In this document: positions 28,293 through 37,905 of the stretch, one piece after another | How positions within the stretch are numbered: the first letter of the stretch is position 1 | Layout of the letters: every line of letters starts with the position of its first letter | From: Candidatus Magasanikiibacteriota bacterium | Lineage (GTDB): Bacteria; Patescibacteriota; Patescibacteriia; Magasanikbacterales; UBA922 | Assembly (NCBI GenBank): GCA_003510435.1 | Contig: DOMK01000013.1 | Span: 12,135-76,134 of the forward strand | Direction of reading: 5' to 3' | DNA length: 64,000 nucleotides | Position numbers and translations under genes: made by a program | The notes under the pieces: generated by a model | What the model was told of the DNA's origin: nothing | Databases searched by the model: none | What the model saw: the letters and a program-made list of their open reading frames with translations, nothing else

Positions 28293-29222
28293 TCATATTT
28301 TTCCAAAATATTCTTTTACTAAAGGCAAAATTTCTTTGCGCATTAATATTCCTTCTCTTTTGGCCACACTATCAACAAAATCAATATTTAAAATGTCTCT
28401 AACTATTTTTTCCGTATCTTTATCAATCACCAAAAACTTATTAAAACCTTTTTCAATATCAATACAACTCAAAAAAATAAAATCATTTTTTTCATCAATC
28501 TTAATTTTTTGTAAAACATTTTTTAACTCTTGTAAATTATTAGCAAAAAATTTATCTACTTCTACCATTTCTAACTGGGCAATACTGATTTTCTTATTAT
28601 CAAAAACATAAAACGCCATATCCCCCAAAATAACTTGTTCCAGTGGTTTATCAAATTGAGATTTATTAATAAACATCTGGTGAACATAATCCTGTGGCAA
28701 TTTTATTTTATTCTTCAACCACTCGGCCATTTTAATATCTCTGTCTGTTGTCACTTTAGCTTGAAAATTTACAGTATTAGAAACAATCGCTGAATACAAC
28801 AATACCACACTTTCTTTACTAATATTAACCTGATTATTATAAAATTTTTCTGCAATCAAAGTGGCACACGAACCTACCAATTCTATTTGGGCTTTAGCCT
28901 GAGGAAATTTACCCACATCATGAGATTTTCTATGGTCTATAACTTCTATTACTTGGTCTGGTTTTATCAGACTAGACAGACCTTCCAATTCACTTGTATC
29001 TACTAAAATAATTTTTTGATCTTTTAATTTTTCTTCCAAATTAACAAATCCTTCTATAGAAAATTTATCCAAGACAAATTGGGCTTCTTTTTGTATAATT
29101 CCAGAAATTGCTGGATAAATTTTTTTGCCTTGACCATTCAAAAACTCAGCATAAGCAAACATGCAAGCTGTTCCATCCAAATCTTGATCCTCATAAGAAG
29201 TAATTAAAATTTCATCTGACAT
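28293..29222 (-). CDS. ppaC: Mn-dependent inorganic pyrophosphatase (DHH family II)
   Basis: DLDG, IDHR, VGSCATL, C-terminal RKE in DHHA2. Confidence 0.75.
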   Translation of the reverse strand: MSDEILITSYEDQDLDGTACMFAYAEFLNGQGKKIYPAISGIIQKEAQFVLDKFSIEGFVNLEEKLKDQKIILVDTSELEGLSSLIKPDQVIEVIDHRKSHDVGKFPQAKAQIELVGSCATLIAEKFYNNQVNISKESVVLLYSAIVSNTVNFQAKVTTDRDIKMAEWLKNKIKLPQDYVHQMFINKSQFDKPLEQVILGDMAFYVFDNKKISIAQLEMVEVDKFFANNLQELKNVLQKIKIDEKNDFIFLSCIDIEKGFNKFLVIDKDTEKIVRDILNIDFVDSVAKREGILMRKEILPLVKEYFGKI

Positions 29223-29260
29223 ATTCAATCAAAATTGATTAATGTTACATGATTCATGTT

Positions 29261-30277
29261 TTATGTATCGGGCCACTTATAATTAGCAAACACCCATTCA
29301 GCAATATCTCTCGCCTCAGTAAAACGCCCTTCATGAGTTTTTGCTCCCAATATTACCACATTTACAGTATGAACATTACCATCCCCTACTTGCATAGTAA
29401 AATTATAATCTGACAATGTAATATAACCAGTCTTACCACCACGAAAATCCACAAAAGTATGTGGCACCCAGCCCAAAAGTAACCAATCAGTATTCCAAAT
29501 ATGATGACTCTTGCCTCGTTCTTCGGAATACAAACTAATTTCTTTTGTTAATAATGTTTGTTTAATTTTATCTTGTTTCATGGCTTCATTTATTAAAATA
29601 GCTACATCCGAAGCTGAAGCTACATCTGTACTATCGAGGCCGGTTGGATCAGTAAAATAAGTCTCAGTCATACCTAATTCCAAAGCTTTCTGATTCATTC
29701 TCTCTACAAAAGCTTCCTCTGGCCAATCCAAAGCATTAGCGAGAGATAAAATAGCTTTATTTGAAGATCCAACTAAACCGGCTAGCCATAAATCTTCCAG
29801 AGTGTAAGTATCACCAGCATAAACATGCGTATCAAGTGAATCAGCCCCAACCACGACTGTGCTTGTTGTCCAATCAGGATTCTTTTCTAAAAGAATCAAA
29901 GCACTCATCAATTTTGTAATACTCGCAATTGGCCACTTATCATATTCATTTTTTCTATACATCACCATCCCAGTTTTGACATCTTTGACTATAATACTAT
30001 GAGCAGTAAAATCTTCGGCTGATTTCATTGTCCCGGTTAATTCTGGCAAACTTGGTTTAACTGGCCGAGGTGGTTCCACTATCACATCACCACCACCACC
30101 ACCAATTTTAATATTTTGCAAAGGTTGTAAAACCTTATTCAACATTTCTCTTTCTGATGAAAAACTATTGGTACGATAAATCACACTGCCAATTGCAACT
30201 AATATCAAAAAAACTGCCACCACTCCGCGCCAAGTATTTGATTTATCTTTAAAATTTTCAATTTCTAAAAAATTCAT
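29261..30277 (-). CDS. D-alanyl-D-alanine carboxypeptidase (peptidase S11)
   Basis: ASITKLM, SSN, PTGLD, KTG. Confidence 0.9.
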   Translation of the reverse strand: MNFLEIENFKDKSNTWRGVVAVFLILVAIGSVIYRTNSFSSEREMLNKVLQPLQNIKIGGGGGDVIVEPPRPVKPSLPELTGTMKSAEDFTAHSIIVKDVKTGMVMYRKNEYDKWPIASITKLMSALILLEKNPDWTTSTVVVGADSLDTHVYAGDTYTLEDLWLAGLVGSSNKAILSLANALDWPEEAFVERMNQKALELGMTETYFTDPTGLDSTDVASASDVAILINEAMKQDKIKQTLLTKEISLYSEERGKSHHIWNTDWLLLGWVPHTFVDFRGGKTGYITLSDYNFTMQVGDGNVHTVNVVILGAKTHEGRFTEARDIAEWVFANYKWPDT

Positions 30278-30300
30278 AATAATTATTTTGCTTACCTTGC

Positions 30301-30837
30301 TTACTCTGCTGTTAAAGCTGTTTCAATAAATTCGTGCTTATGCAAATTTTCATAATCTGGCAATTCGGTTGCTGAATTAATTCCTAAATGACGCAAAGCT
30401 TCCAAAGAAATCCGATAAACTGGTAAAATTTTATTTTCATCTTCCCCCTCTTCAACCAAACCACGCATTAACAAATTTCGCACTATAACGGCACAATTAA
30501 CTCCTCTGATTTGTTCCAATTCTGGTCTTGTAATTGGCCCTCTATAAGCAACCACCGTCAAAGTCTCAAGCTGAGCCTTAGTCAATTCACCCGAGACTTC
30601 ATCTTTTATAAATAAATCAACCACAATACTATTTTCTCCAGCCGTCGCCATTTGATATTCGTCACCTTCATGTAAAATTCTAATACCAGAATTATCTTGA
30701 TTATATTTCATTTGCAAAGTTGACAAAGCTTCTGCCACTTCTATTTCATTTTTTTGTACGGCTTTGGCAATTTGTTTTGTCTTTAGTGGTTTAGAAGCCA
30801 CAAATAAAATTGATTCAATTTGTGAAAGTAAGTTCAT
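30301..30837 (-). CDS. scpB: SMC-Scp complex subunit ScpB
   Basis: IESILF, LETLTVVAYRGPITR, IRGVN. Confidence 0.93.
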   Translation of the reverse strand: MNLLSQIESILFVASKPLKTKQIAKAVQKNEIEVAEALSTLQMKYNQDNSGIRILHEGDEYQMATAGENSIVVDLFIKDEVSGELTKAQLETLTVVAYRGPITRPELEQIRGVNCAVIVRNLLMRGLVEEGEDENKILPVYRISLEALRHLGINSATELPDYENLHKHEFIETALTAE

Positions 30838-30912
30838 ATTGTTAATTCATTCCGACCCGCCGATGAGGCGAGGGAGGAATCTTTCCCACCTCGGATTATT
30901 TAATAAAAAAAA

Positions 30913-31608
30913 TTATACTTTATTTATCATGATATCACTAAAATTATCTCCCTGATTCAATACAACAGTTTTTTGTTTTACCAATTCCAATAAAGCCAAA
31001 AAAACCACGATCACCTCTGTCTTATTCTTACTATCATTTAATATTTGAGAAAAACTAGCTGACTGGCCTTTTTTTAATAAGTTTCTAATCTGATCAATCT
31101 TTTCTTTTATAGTTATAGACTTATCAATATGAGTTCTTGGCAACGGCTTGGGTGGAGTAAGACGATACAACAATTTATTAATAGACTCTTTTAGACTTTC
31201 AAAACTAAAATTACTTGGTGGTAAAAACCCACTAGGTTTTTTGGGTGGTTCCACTCTAAAAACTGACCTAATACTAGAATCAAGCCATGATTTATTTAAT
31301 TTTTTACTGGCTTCTACAAAAGCTTTATATAAACGAAGTTGCTCTTCCAAACTTGGACCTTCATCTTCTTCCACTCCAAATTGAGGCAACAAAAGACGAG
31401 ATTTCAAAAACAACAATTTAGTGGCTACTACCAAAAAATCCGCTAAATCTTCAGGTTTTTTCTCTTCAATTTTGTCCAAATGACGAAGATATTGCTCGGT
31501 CACTTGGGATAAAGCCAGCTCAGAAATATTCAATTTTTCATCATCAATCAAACCTAAAAGCAAGTCTAGCGGTCCTTCAAATTGTTCCAATTTAAAACTA
31601 GTATTCAT
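30913..31608 (-). CDS. scpA: Segregation/condensation protein ScpA
   Basis: FEGPLDLLL, KSRLLLP, FLALLEL. Confidence 0.93.
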   Translation of the reverse strand: MNTSFKLEQFEGPLDLLLGLIDDEKLNISELALSQVTEQYLRHLDKIEEKKPEDLADFLVVATKLLFLKSRLLLPQFGVEEDEGPSLEEQLRLYKAFVEASKKLNKSWLDSSIRSVFRVEPPKKPSGFLPPSNFSFESLKESINKLLYRLTPPKPLPRTHIDKSITIKEKIDQIRNLLKKGQSASFSQILNDSKNKTEVIVVFLALLELVKQKTVVLNQGDNFSDIMINKV

Positions 31609-33317
31609 AATTTTGGTTCCAAAATAACATAATCTTTATTTTCAAACTTTTTTACAAAATATTCTTCCGAAAACAGCTTTTTTGGGATATCAATCACGGC
31701 TTCCCTTATTTCATTGGGGAAATTATCTAAATTGAAAAACAAAGAATAATTTTCTCCATTTTTAAACAAAATTAATAAATTTACTTGACCAAATGGAGTG
31801 TCCACTATTTTACCATAAAAATCATTTTCTGTCTTTAGCAAAGATAAATCTTTTAAATAATAAAAACGTGAAGAAAAATTGGCTGCGGGGTGAGAATTGT
31901 GTTGGTTAAAATAAATAAAATCACTAAATGGTAAGAAGGCGTGCAACTCCGGTATGCCTGATTGTAAGATTGTTAACTTGTTAATATCTGAATAATTTTG
32001 TCCTAAAAAATCTATAATTTCTTTAGCTTCTCTACGCACCATAGCTGAACGTGTTTTAACTGCCAAAACATCTCTATTATCAACAAATACACCAAATATT
32101 AATTGTGTTGCTAATACTAAAATCCCAATTAAAGCCAAACTTTTTTGCCAAGCTAGATTAGGATACTTGTTTTTCAACCATATCCACAATTGGGCAATTC
32201 CATAAGCGGCAGATAAAGCCAAGATAGTATGATTAAAAAAATAAAAACCTTTTGATTCTTGTAAAGGTGAGGCAAAGAAAAATATTGTTACCAGACCCAT
32301 GATCTGCCAAATGTATGAAGCGACAAACAAACTTAGCAAAATTCGTATATAAAACCTTTGTCGATAAATAATCAAACTCACAAAACCAATTAAGCAGATT
32401 AAACCGACCAAATTAAATTGCAACAATGGGACTTCGGTACTTAACCAGTCTAAAGTAAGAAAGCCTAATTGCCAATTCTCTGTTCCAAACATGCTATAAC
32501 TTTTAGCCAAAGGTAACCAAAATGGTAAAGCAAATAATAATGTAAAAACACCAATAATTAACAAGCTACCGTAATCTTTTAATTTAACCCTATTACCAAA
32601 TAAATTAAATAAACTAATACCAATCGCTGCCAAAAAAAACCAAAAATAAAATAACATAAACAATATTCCACCCGTAATACCAAATACCAACCAACCTTTC
32701 CAATTCATTCCTTTTTTTAATTCATTTAACAAAAATATAGTCCACAAAATAACTAAGCTAGCACTGACTAATTCATATGGCTTAGTAATAGTGACGTCCC
32801 AACTAATCAAAACAAACAAAAATATTGTGCCCAAAAACCAAATCAGTGGTTCTAAACTATTTTCGCCTTCCATTTTTCTTTTTACCCAATACCATTTTTG
32901 TAATAAATAAAATATAGCTGGATAAACCAAAATTGTGCTAAAACTAGCTATTTTTGCTATTTGCACGCCATTCAAATTAATAACCCTGCCAAGCAAACCA
33001 AATAACCAAAACCATAAAGGTGGATAAAAAGGTGGTAAACTGGTATAAGCAAAATCTGATAAACAAGAACCATGAGCAAACATTTCGTACATAGCCGCGA
33101 TCGTAATCTCATCAGCTTTTAACCCCCACAACATTAGAGCTGTATCTTTGACTAAAAAATAATAAGCTAGCGCTGAAGTAACACTCATTAAAATTATAAA
33201 AAATAATGATTTCCATTTTTTGTATATTCCTATTATTCCAAAAATAACAAACACAAAAAAACATAGCTTTACCAAAACTATGTCTTGTAAATTGGCAATA
33301 GAAAAAATATAATCCAT
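31605..33317 (-). CDS. GT-C membrane glycosyltransferase resembling arabinofuranosyltransferase AftA
   Basis: Many TM helices; DFAYTSLPPFYPPLWFW, KPYE and HNSHPAANF motifs. Confidence 0.6.
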   Translation of the reverse strand: MDYIFSIANLQDIVLVKLCFFVFVIFGIIGIYKKWKSLFFIILMSVTSALAYYFLVKDTALMLWGLKADEITIAAMYEMFAHGSCLSDFAYTSLPPFYPPLWFWLFGLLGRVINLNGVQIAKIASFSTILVYPAIFYLLQKWYWVKRKMEGENSLEPLIWFLGTIFLFVLISWDVTITKPYELVSASLVILWTIFLLNELKKGMNWKGWLVFGITGGILFMLFYFWFFLAAIGISLFNLFGNRVKLKDYGSLLIIGVFTLLFALPFWLPLAKSYSMFGTENWQLGFLTLDWLSTEVPLLQFNLVGLICLIGFVSLIIYRQRFYIRILLSLFVASYIWQIMGLVTIFFFASPLQESKGFYFFNHTILALSAAYGIAQLWIWLKNKYPNLAWQKSLALIGILVLATQLIFGVFVDNRDVLAVKTRSAMVRREAKEIIDFLGQNYSDINKLTILQSGIPELHAFLPFSDFIYFNQHNSHPAANFSSRFYYLKDLSLLKTENDFYGKIVDTPFGQVNLLILFKNGENYSLFFNLDNFPNEIREAVIDIPKKLFSEEYFVKKFENKDYVILEPKL

Positions 33318-33320
33318 AAA

Positions 33321-34169
33321 TTATTCTTTATCCAAACCTAATTCTTCCCAATGATCTTTTAAAAATTCTACGGAAAAATCATCGGCCTCTTTTTCATTTT
33401 TAAACCCTTCCTGTTTTTGTTGATGATCCGAAAGCATAATATCCATTTTACTTTCATCACCAAAAACTCCATACTGATAAAGATTAGCTTTAAATAATTC
33501 CTCATTAAATTTCATCCCTTTACCATGCCCAGTGTCAGAAAAATAATTTAACTTTATCTTTCTAATCATGTCCTTTACTTTATCAACAGTATTATCTCCT
33601 TGACTCTTCTGCCAATATTGTTTAGCTGCTTGACCTAAGACACCTGGCACAGGCAAAGAATCATAGCGTCGTTGATAATCAAGTCTATTTTGTTTAAAAG
33701 CTTTTTCATACGACAAACCCTTGTACTTTTCTAAATATTTTTTTGCGTGTTCTAATTCATGCAAAAACATTACAATTTTTAAAATTTTAGGATTCAATTC
33801 AGTAAATTTATCACCCAATCTTTGTTTTAAAATATCAGATAATCTATTTACCTTTTCTATTCTTTCTTTTCTCATCCAATTCCACAAGTCATTTTCATCT
33901 TCCATTCTAGCACTAAGAGAAATCCTAGGCTGATAACCTCTTTTATCTTCCGGCCCAAAAATAACGGGGTGACTTTTTAAAGCTGTATCCACTTCAGGAT
34001 CACCAATATCAATAATTACATGTTCTAAAATTTCTGGATATTCATCAAAAAACAAACCTTCAATTTTTTTAAAATCAGGATCAGAAATCTCTCTCGTCTC
34101 ACCAAGACTTTGTTCTTTTTCTTTTTTTAAAAAAAATCTTGCTAATTTTTCTCTAGCTTCTCCAATCAT
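33321..34169 (-). CDS. Hypothetical protein with HExxH motif
   Basis: FLHELEH and a downstream EKEAD. Confidence 0.65.
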   Translation of the reverse strand: MIGEAREKLARFFLKKEKEQSLGETREISDPDFKKIEGLFFDEYPEILEHVIIDIGDPEVDTALKSHPVIFGPEDKRGYQPRISLSARMEDENDLWNWMRKERIEKVNRLSDILKQRLGDKFTELNPKILKIVMFLHELEHAKKYLEKYKGLSYEKAFKQNRLDYQRRYDSLPVPGVLGQAAKQYWQKSQGDNTVDKVKDMIRKIKLNYFSDTGHGKGMKFNEELFKANLYQYGVFGDESKMDIMLSDHQQKQEGFKNEKEADDFSVEFLKDHWEELGLDKE

Positions 34170-34172
34170 ATA

Positions 34173-34508
34173 TTATTTTAATGGCAATTTTTCTTGCCGT
34201 TCATTTAATAAATCTTGACTAATTTTAACCCCTTTTTTTGTTAAGCTAACATGGGTAATAAACCATTTGTGTGGCGTCCGTCGACCAAAACCAGTCATAA
34301 ATTCTCTATCAATCAAATGTTCCAAACTTCTAGTAATAATACTTTCTTGATATTTTTCTTTGGCTGGTTCAATTGTCTTACCATAAAAACTCCGGAATAT
34401 TTTCCTGTCTATTTTCCCCCCGCCTGCGACGCTTGCACTAGCATTGCGGGCAGGTCCTTTGTCTAAACACATTAATAAAATATGTTTTTGCAGTAAACTC
34501 AATCTCAT
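34173..34508 (-). CDS. Hypothetical protein (possible winged helix) with an in-frame 36-bp palindrome
   Basis: ITRSLEHLIDR...LTKKG; PARNASASVAGG insert. Confidence 0.6.
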   Translation of the reverse strand: MRLSLLQKHILLMCLDKGPARNASASVAGGGKIDRKIFRSFYGKTIEPAKEKYQESIITRSLEHLIDREFMTGFGRRTPHKWFITHVSLTKKGVKISQDLLNERQEKLPLK

Positions 34509-34511
34509 AAA

Positions 34512-34582
34512 TTTAGGAATTAGGAGTTAGGGCTAGATGCGAGAAAAAATTCCCGCATCTCATTCCTTATTCCCTACTCCCA
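34512..34582. repeat. Heptamer-armed inverted repeat (family B)
   Basis: TTAGGAA/TTCCTTA arms around AGATGCG..CGCATCT; inverted homolog at 46057-46125. Confidence 0.8.
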
Positions 34583-34586
34583 ATAT

Positions 34587-36380
34587 TTATTCCACAATTT
34601 TTATATGCAAATCTTTCAACTGTTTTTCATCTACTTCACTCGGACTGCCCACCATTGGTTCTTCCGCTTTTTGATTTTTTGGGAACGGTACAACAGAACG
34701 AATATTCTTTTCTCCCAAAAGCAACATCACCAATCTTTCAATCCCAGGAGCAAAACCACAATGTGGCGGTGCCCCAAATTCAAATGCATCAATCATGTGT
34801 CCAAACTTTTTATTTACTTGTTCTTTTGTATAACCAGCAATCGCAAATGCTTTGTACATAATTTCTGGATCCATATTACGCACGGCACCAGACGAAAGTT
34901 CAAGACCATTGGCAATAATATCATATTGATCAGCCAAAATATCTAATGGATCTTTGGTATTCAAGGCTTCTAGTCCTCCCTGTGGCATAGAAAATGGATT
35001 GTGACCAAAATCTATTCCACCTTTCTTGTCACTTGCCCCGAGAGAGTCCGTAGACTCTTTTTCGGGGCTCCATTCAAACATAGGAAAATCTACAATCCAC
35101 GCCCAAGCAATCAAATTTGGATCTTTTAAATTCAATTTATCTCCAGCCAAATCTCTCACCCCGCCCAAAGCTAGACAAGATACACGCCAGTTATCCGCCG
35201 AGAAAAATAATATACTATTTTGTTTTAATGATACTAATTGTTCTAATTGTTTAAGTTGTTCCTCACTGAAAAATTTCGCCACCCCACCATCAAATTTTCC
35301 GTCTAAATATTTCATCCAAGCTAAACCTTTAGCGCCAGCTCGTTTGGCTTTGTCAGTAAATTCTTCATCAATTTCTTTACGAGTAAAATTCTCTCCACCA
35401 GGCACAGCCAAAACTCTAATAAATTCGGCATCTTTAAAAACTTTAAAATCAGTCTGTTTTGCCCATTCGCTTACATTGGCAATTTTTAAATCAAAACGCA
35501 AATCTGGCCGATCTGATCCGTAAGTCTCCATGACTTCTTTAAAAGGAATTCTCGGAAATGGTTTTTGCCAAACTTTTTTGCCAGTTAATTTTTCAGTTAA
35601 TTCAATAAATAATGGTTCCATTAAATTAAAAAATTCTTCACGTTCCAAAAAGCTAGTTTCACAATCCAGCTGATAAAATTCACCTGGTGACCGGTCGGCT
35701 CGTGGGTCTTCATCGCGCATACAAGCCGCAATTTGATAGTATCTATCAAAACCAGCCACCATTAACAACTGTTTGTATTGTTGTGGGGCTTGAGGAAGAG
35801 CATAAAATTTCCCTGGGTGTATTCTGCTTGGGATTAAAAAATCTCTAGCGCCTTCTGGGGAAGATACAGTTAAAATTGGTGTCGCAATATCAATAAAACC
35901 GCGCGAATCCATATACTCACGAATCTGTTTTACCATTTTGGCGCGAAACAAAATATTATTTTTTAATTTTTCCCGACGCAATTCCAAATAACGATATTTC
36001 AAACGCAATTCTTCATCCTCTTCTTCTTTTCTCGCATCAAAAATTTCAAATGGCAAAGTCTTGGCTTTACTAATTATCTTTACCTCACTAGCAATCAATT
36101 CAATTTCTCCCGTGGCTAATTCTTTATTAACATTTTCAGACTTTCTATTTTCAACTTTCCCTTTTACACTTATTACATATTCGTACTTTAAACCTTCAGC
36201 TACATCAAAATTACTCATCTGGTCAGGATTAAAAACTACTTGGGTAATACCATAGCGATCACGCAAATCAACAAACATAAGACCACCCATTTTTCGATGT
36301 TTGTGTACCCAACCAGAGAGCATTACTTCCTCTCCAGCTTGTTTTTTGGTTAATTCTCCACAAGTGTGTGTACGATACAT
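34587..36380 (-). CDS. aspS: Aspartate--tRNA ligase
   Basis: MYRTHTCGEL start, PEGARDF, ALPQAPQQYKQ, GAPPHCG; GAD insert. Confidence 0.96.
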   Translation of the reverse strand: MYRTHTCGELTKKQAGEEVMLSGWVHKHRKMGGLMFVDLRDRYGITQVVFNPDQMSNFDVAEGLKYEYVISVKGKVENRKSENVNKELATGEIELIASEVKIISKAKTLPFEIFDARKEEEDEELRLKYRYLELRREKLKNNILFRAKMVKQIREYMDSRGFIDIATPILTVSSPEGARDFLIPSRIHPGKFYALPQAPQQYKQLLMVAGFDRYYQIAACMRDEDPRADRSPGEFYQLDCETSFLEREEFFNLMEPLFIELTEKLTGKKVWQKPFPRIPFKEVMETYGSDRPDLRFDLKIANVSEWAKQTDFKVFKDAEFIRVLAVPGGENFTRKEIDEEFTDKAKRAGAKGLAWMKYLDGKFDGGVAKFFSEEQLKQLEQLVSLKQNSILFFSADNWRVSCLALGGVRDLAGDKLNLKDPNLIAWAWIVDFPMFEWSPEKESTDSLGASDKKGGIDFGHNPFSMPQGGLEALNTKDPLDILADQYDIIANGLELSSGAVRNMDPEIMYKAFAIAGYTKEQVNKKFGHMIDAFEFGAPPHCGFAPGIERLVMLLLGEKNIRSVVPFPKNQKAEEPMVGSPSEVDEKQLKDLHIKIVE

Positions 36381-36382
36381 AT

Positions 36383-36465
36383 AGCATTGATTTAAACAGA
36401 TTAAAACTGATTCAGACAAAAAATTTACCACAAAATCTCTGTGTAATTCTGTCTAAAACAATGCT
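36383..36465. repeat. Family-A inverted repeat upstream of aspS
   Basis: AGCATTGATTTAAACAGATT ... TTCTGTCTAAAACAATGCT. Confidence 0.8.
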
Positions 36466-36561
36466 TATATCTTAGCAAAAACTAACCGATTTGGCAAGCA
36501 AAAAACACACCAATTTTGATGTGCTTTTGAGTCGTCCCGAAGGCGCAGACGACCTTCGGGT

Positions 36562-36771
36562 TCATTCCTTCTTCCTCCTCGAGGGGAATGCCTCCTTGAT
36601 GACACGGTACTCGGACCACGTCATCCACTGACCAGGCACAACACCGAAGATCTCACTGGGTGTTCGCCTGCCACCCGTCTTCTCCGACGGAATGCACTCA
36701 TCCAGCGCTTCCGGCGGGTAACGACGCAGTTCGTCCGTCTGAACAGATTTTAGTGCAAACACCTTGGGCAT
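36562..36771 (-). CDS. Small orphan protein, GC-richer than the host genes
   Basis: GGAG SD, upstream TTGCAT-16-TATAAT, downstream hairpin at 36536-36560. Confidence 0.6.
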   Translation of the reverse strand: MPKVFALKSVQTDELRRYPPEALDECIPSEKTGGRRTPSEIFGVVPGQWMTWSEYRVIKEAFPSRRKKE

Positions 36772-36873
36772 GTTGTTCTCCAAATCTATGTTTATTTTAT
36801 TATACACCCACAAAATTTTTATGCAACAAAAAAACACACTAATTTTAATGTGTTCACCATTTCCGTGTTCTCC

Positions 36874-37905
36874 TTATTTTATTCCGTATAATCCGTGTTT
36901 CTGCATCTTCACCATAAAAAACCCTTCAATCTCTTTACTTGGTATTATCCGTAAGGCTTTTTTAACTACTTCTTTATTAATCTCTCTTTCCTTCCATGTT
37001 CTAACAATCGGCAATTTATTAACTCCACTCAACTCAATTGGCAACAACTCACAATTTGTATTTTGCTCCATGAATTTTGTTATTTGCAGTTCATTCTCTT
37101 CTGGCGCAAACGTACAAGTTGAATAAACCAAAATTCCCCCTGGTTTTAACATTTGCCAAGCTGAGAACAACAACTTGCGTTGTAAATAAGCTGTATCTTT
37201 AATATTTCGTTCTTGCCAAAAACCATATGTGGTTGGTTTGTCTAAAATAATTCGCGCTTCGGCAGTACAGGGCGCGTCAAGTAAAATCTTATCAAAATAA
37301 TTTGGGTATAATTTAGTCAATTCTACTCCATTTTCATTTTTTAATTCTAATTTCCAATTGTTATTATCACCTATTACACCCAACAATTCCAAATTATGTT
37401 CTAATTTTTGAAATCTAACTTTATCTACGTCATTGGCCACAAGTTCACCTTTTGGTTTTCTTCCGCCCAAGGCGGATTCGTCTGGGTCGAACATCAACGC
37501 AGCAATCTGCGAAGTTTTACTCCCTGGAGCAGCCGTCAAATCTAAAACCTTTTCGCCAGATTGCGGATTCAAAACTAAAGGTGGTACCATACTCGCCAAA
37601 CTTTGTACATAAATTTTTCCTTGTTTATACAAATCCAAATCCTGCAGTTCACGCAGAGTTTTATTTTTCAAAATAAAAGCATCTTTATACCAAACAACAT
37701 TATCTGTTTTAAATCCCAAATCAAACAAAGCCTGTCTAATTTCATTTTTATCAGCTTTAATAGTATTTACCCGAAAAGTTGTCGGTCGTTCTACAAATGT
37801 CTGCTGAATTTGGGTACACAAAGAAACGCCGAACATTTCTGTTAGGCGTTCAATAAATTTTTCTGGTAAATTATGACTATGTTTTTTATTCATTTTATGG
37901 TTCAA
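36874..37905 (-). CDS. RsmB/RsmF (NOL1/NOP2) RNA m5C methyltransferase
   Basis: AAPGSKT, LDAPCT, YSTCTFAPEENE. Confidence 0.92.
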   Translation of the reverse strand: MNHKMNKKHSHNLPEKFIERLTEMFGVSLCTQIQQTFVERPTTFRVNTIKADKNEIRQALFDLGFKTDNVVWYKDAFILKNKTLRELQDLDLYKQGKIYVQSLASMVPPLVLNPQSGEKVLDLTAAPGSKTSQIAALMFDPDESALGGRKPKGELVANDVDKVRFQKLEHNLELLGVIGDNNNWKLELKNENGVELTKLYPNYFDKILLDAPCTAEARIILDKPTTYGFWQERNIKDTAYLQRKLLFSAWQMLKPGGILVYSTCTFAPEENELQITKFMEQNTNCELLPIELSGVNKLPIVRTWKEREINKEVVKKALRIIPSKEIEGFFMVKMQKHGLYGIK

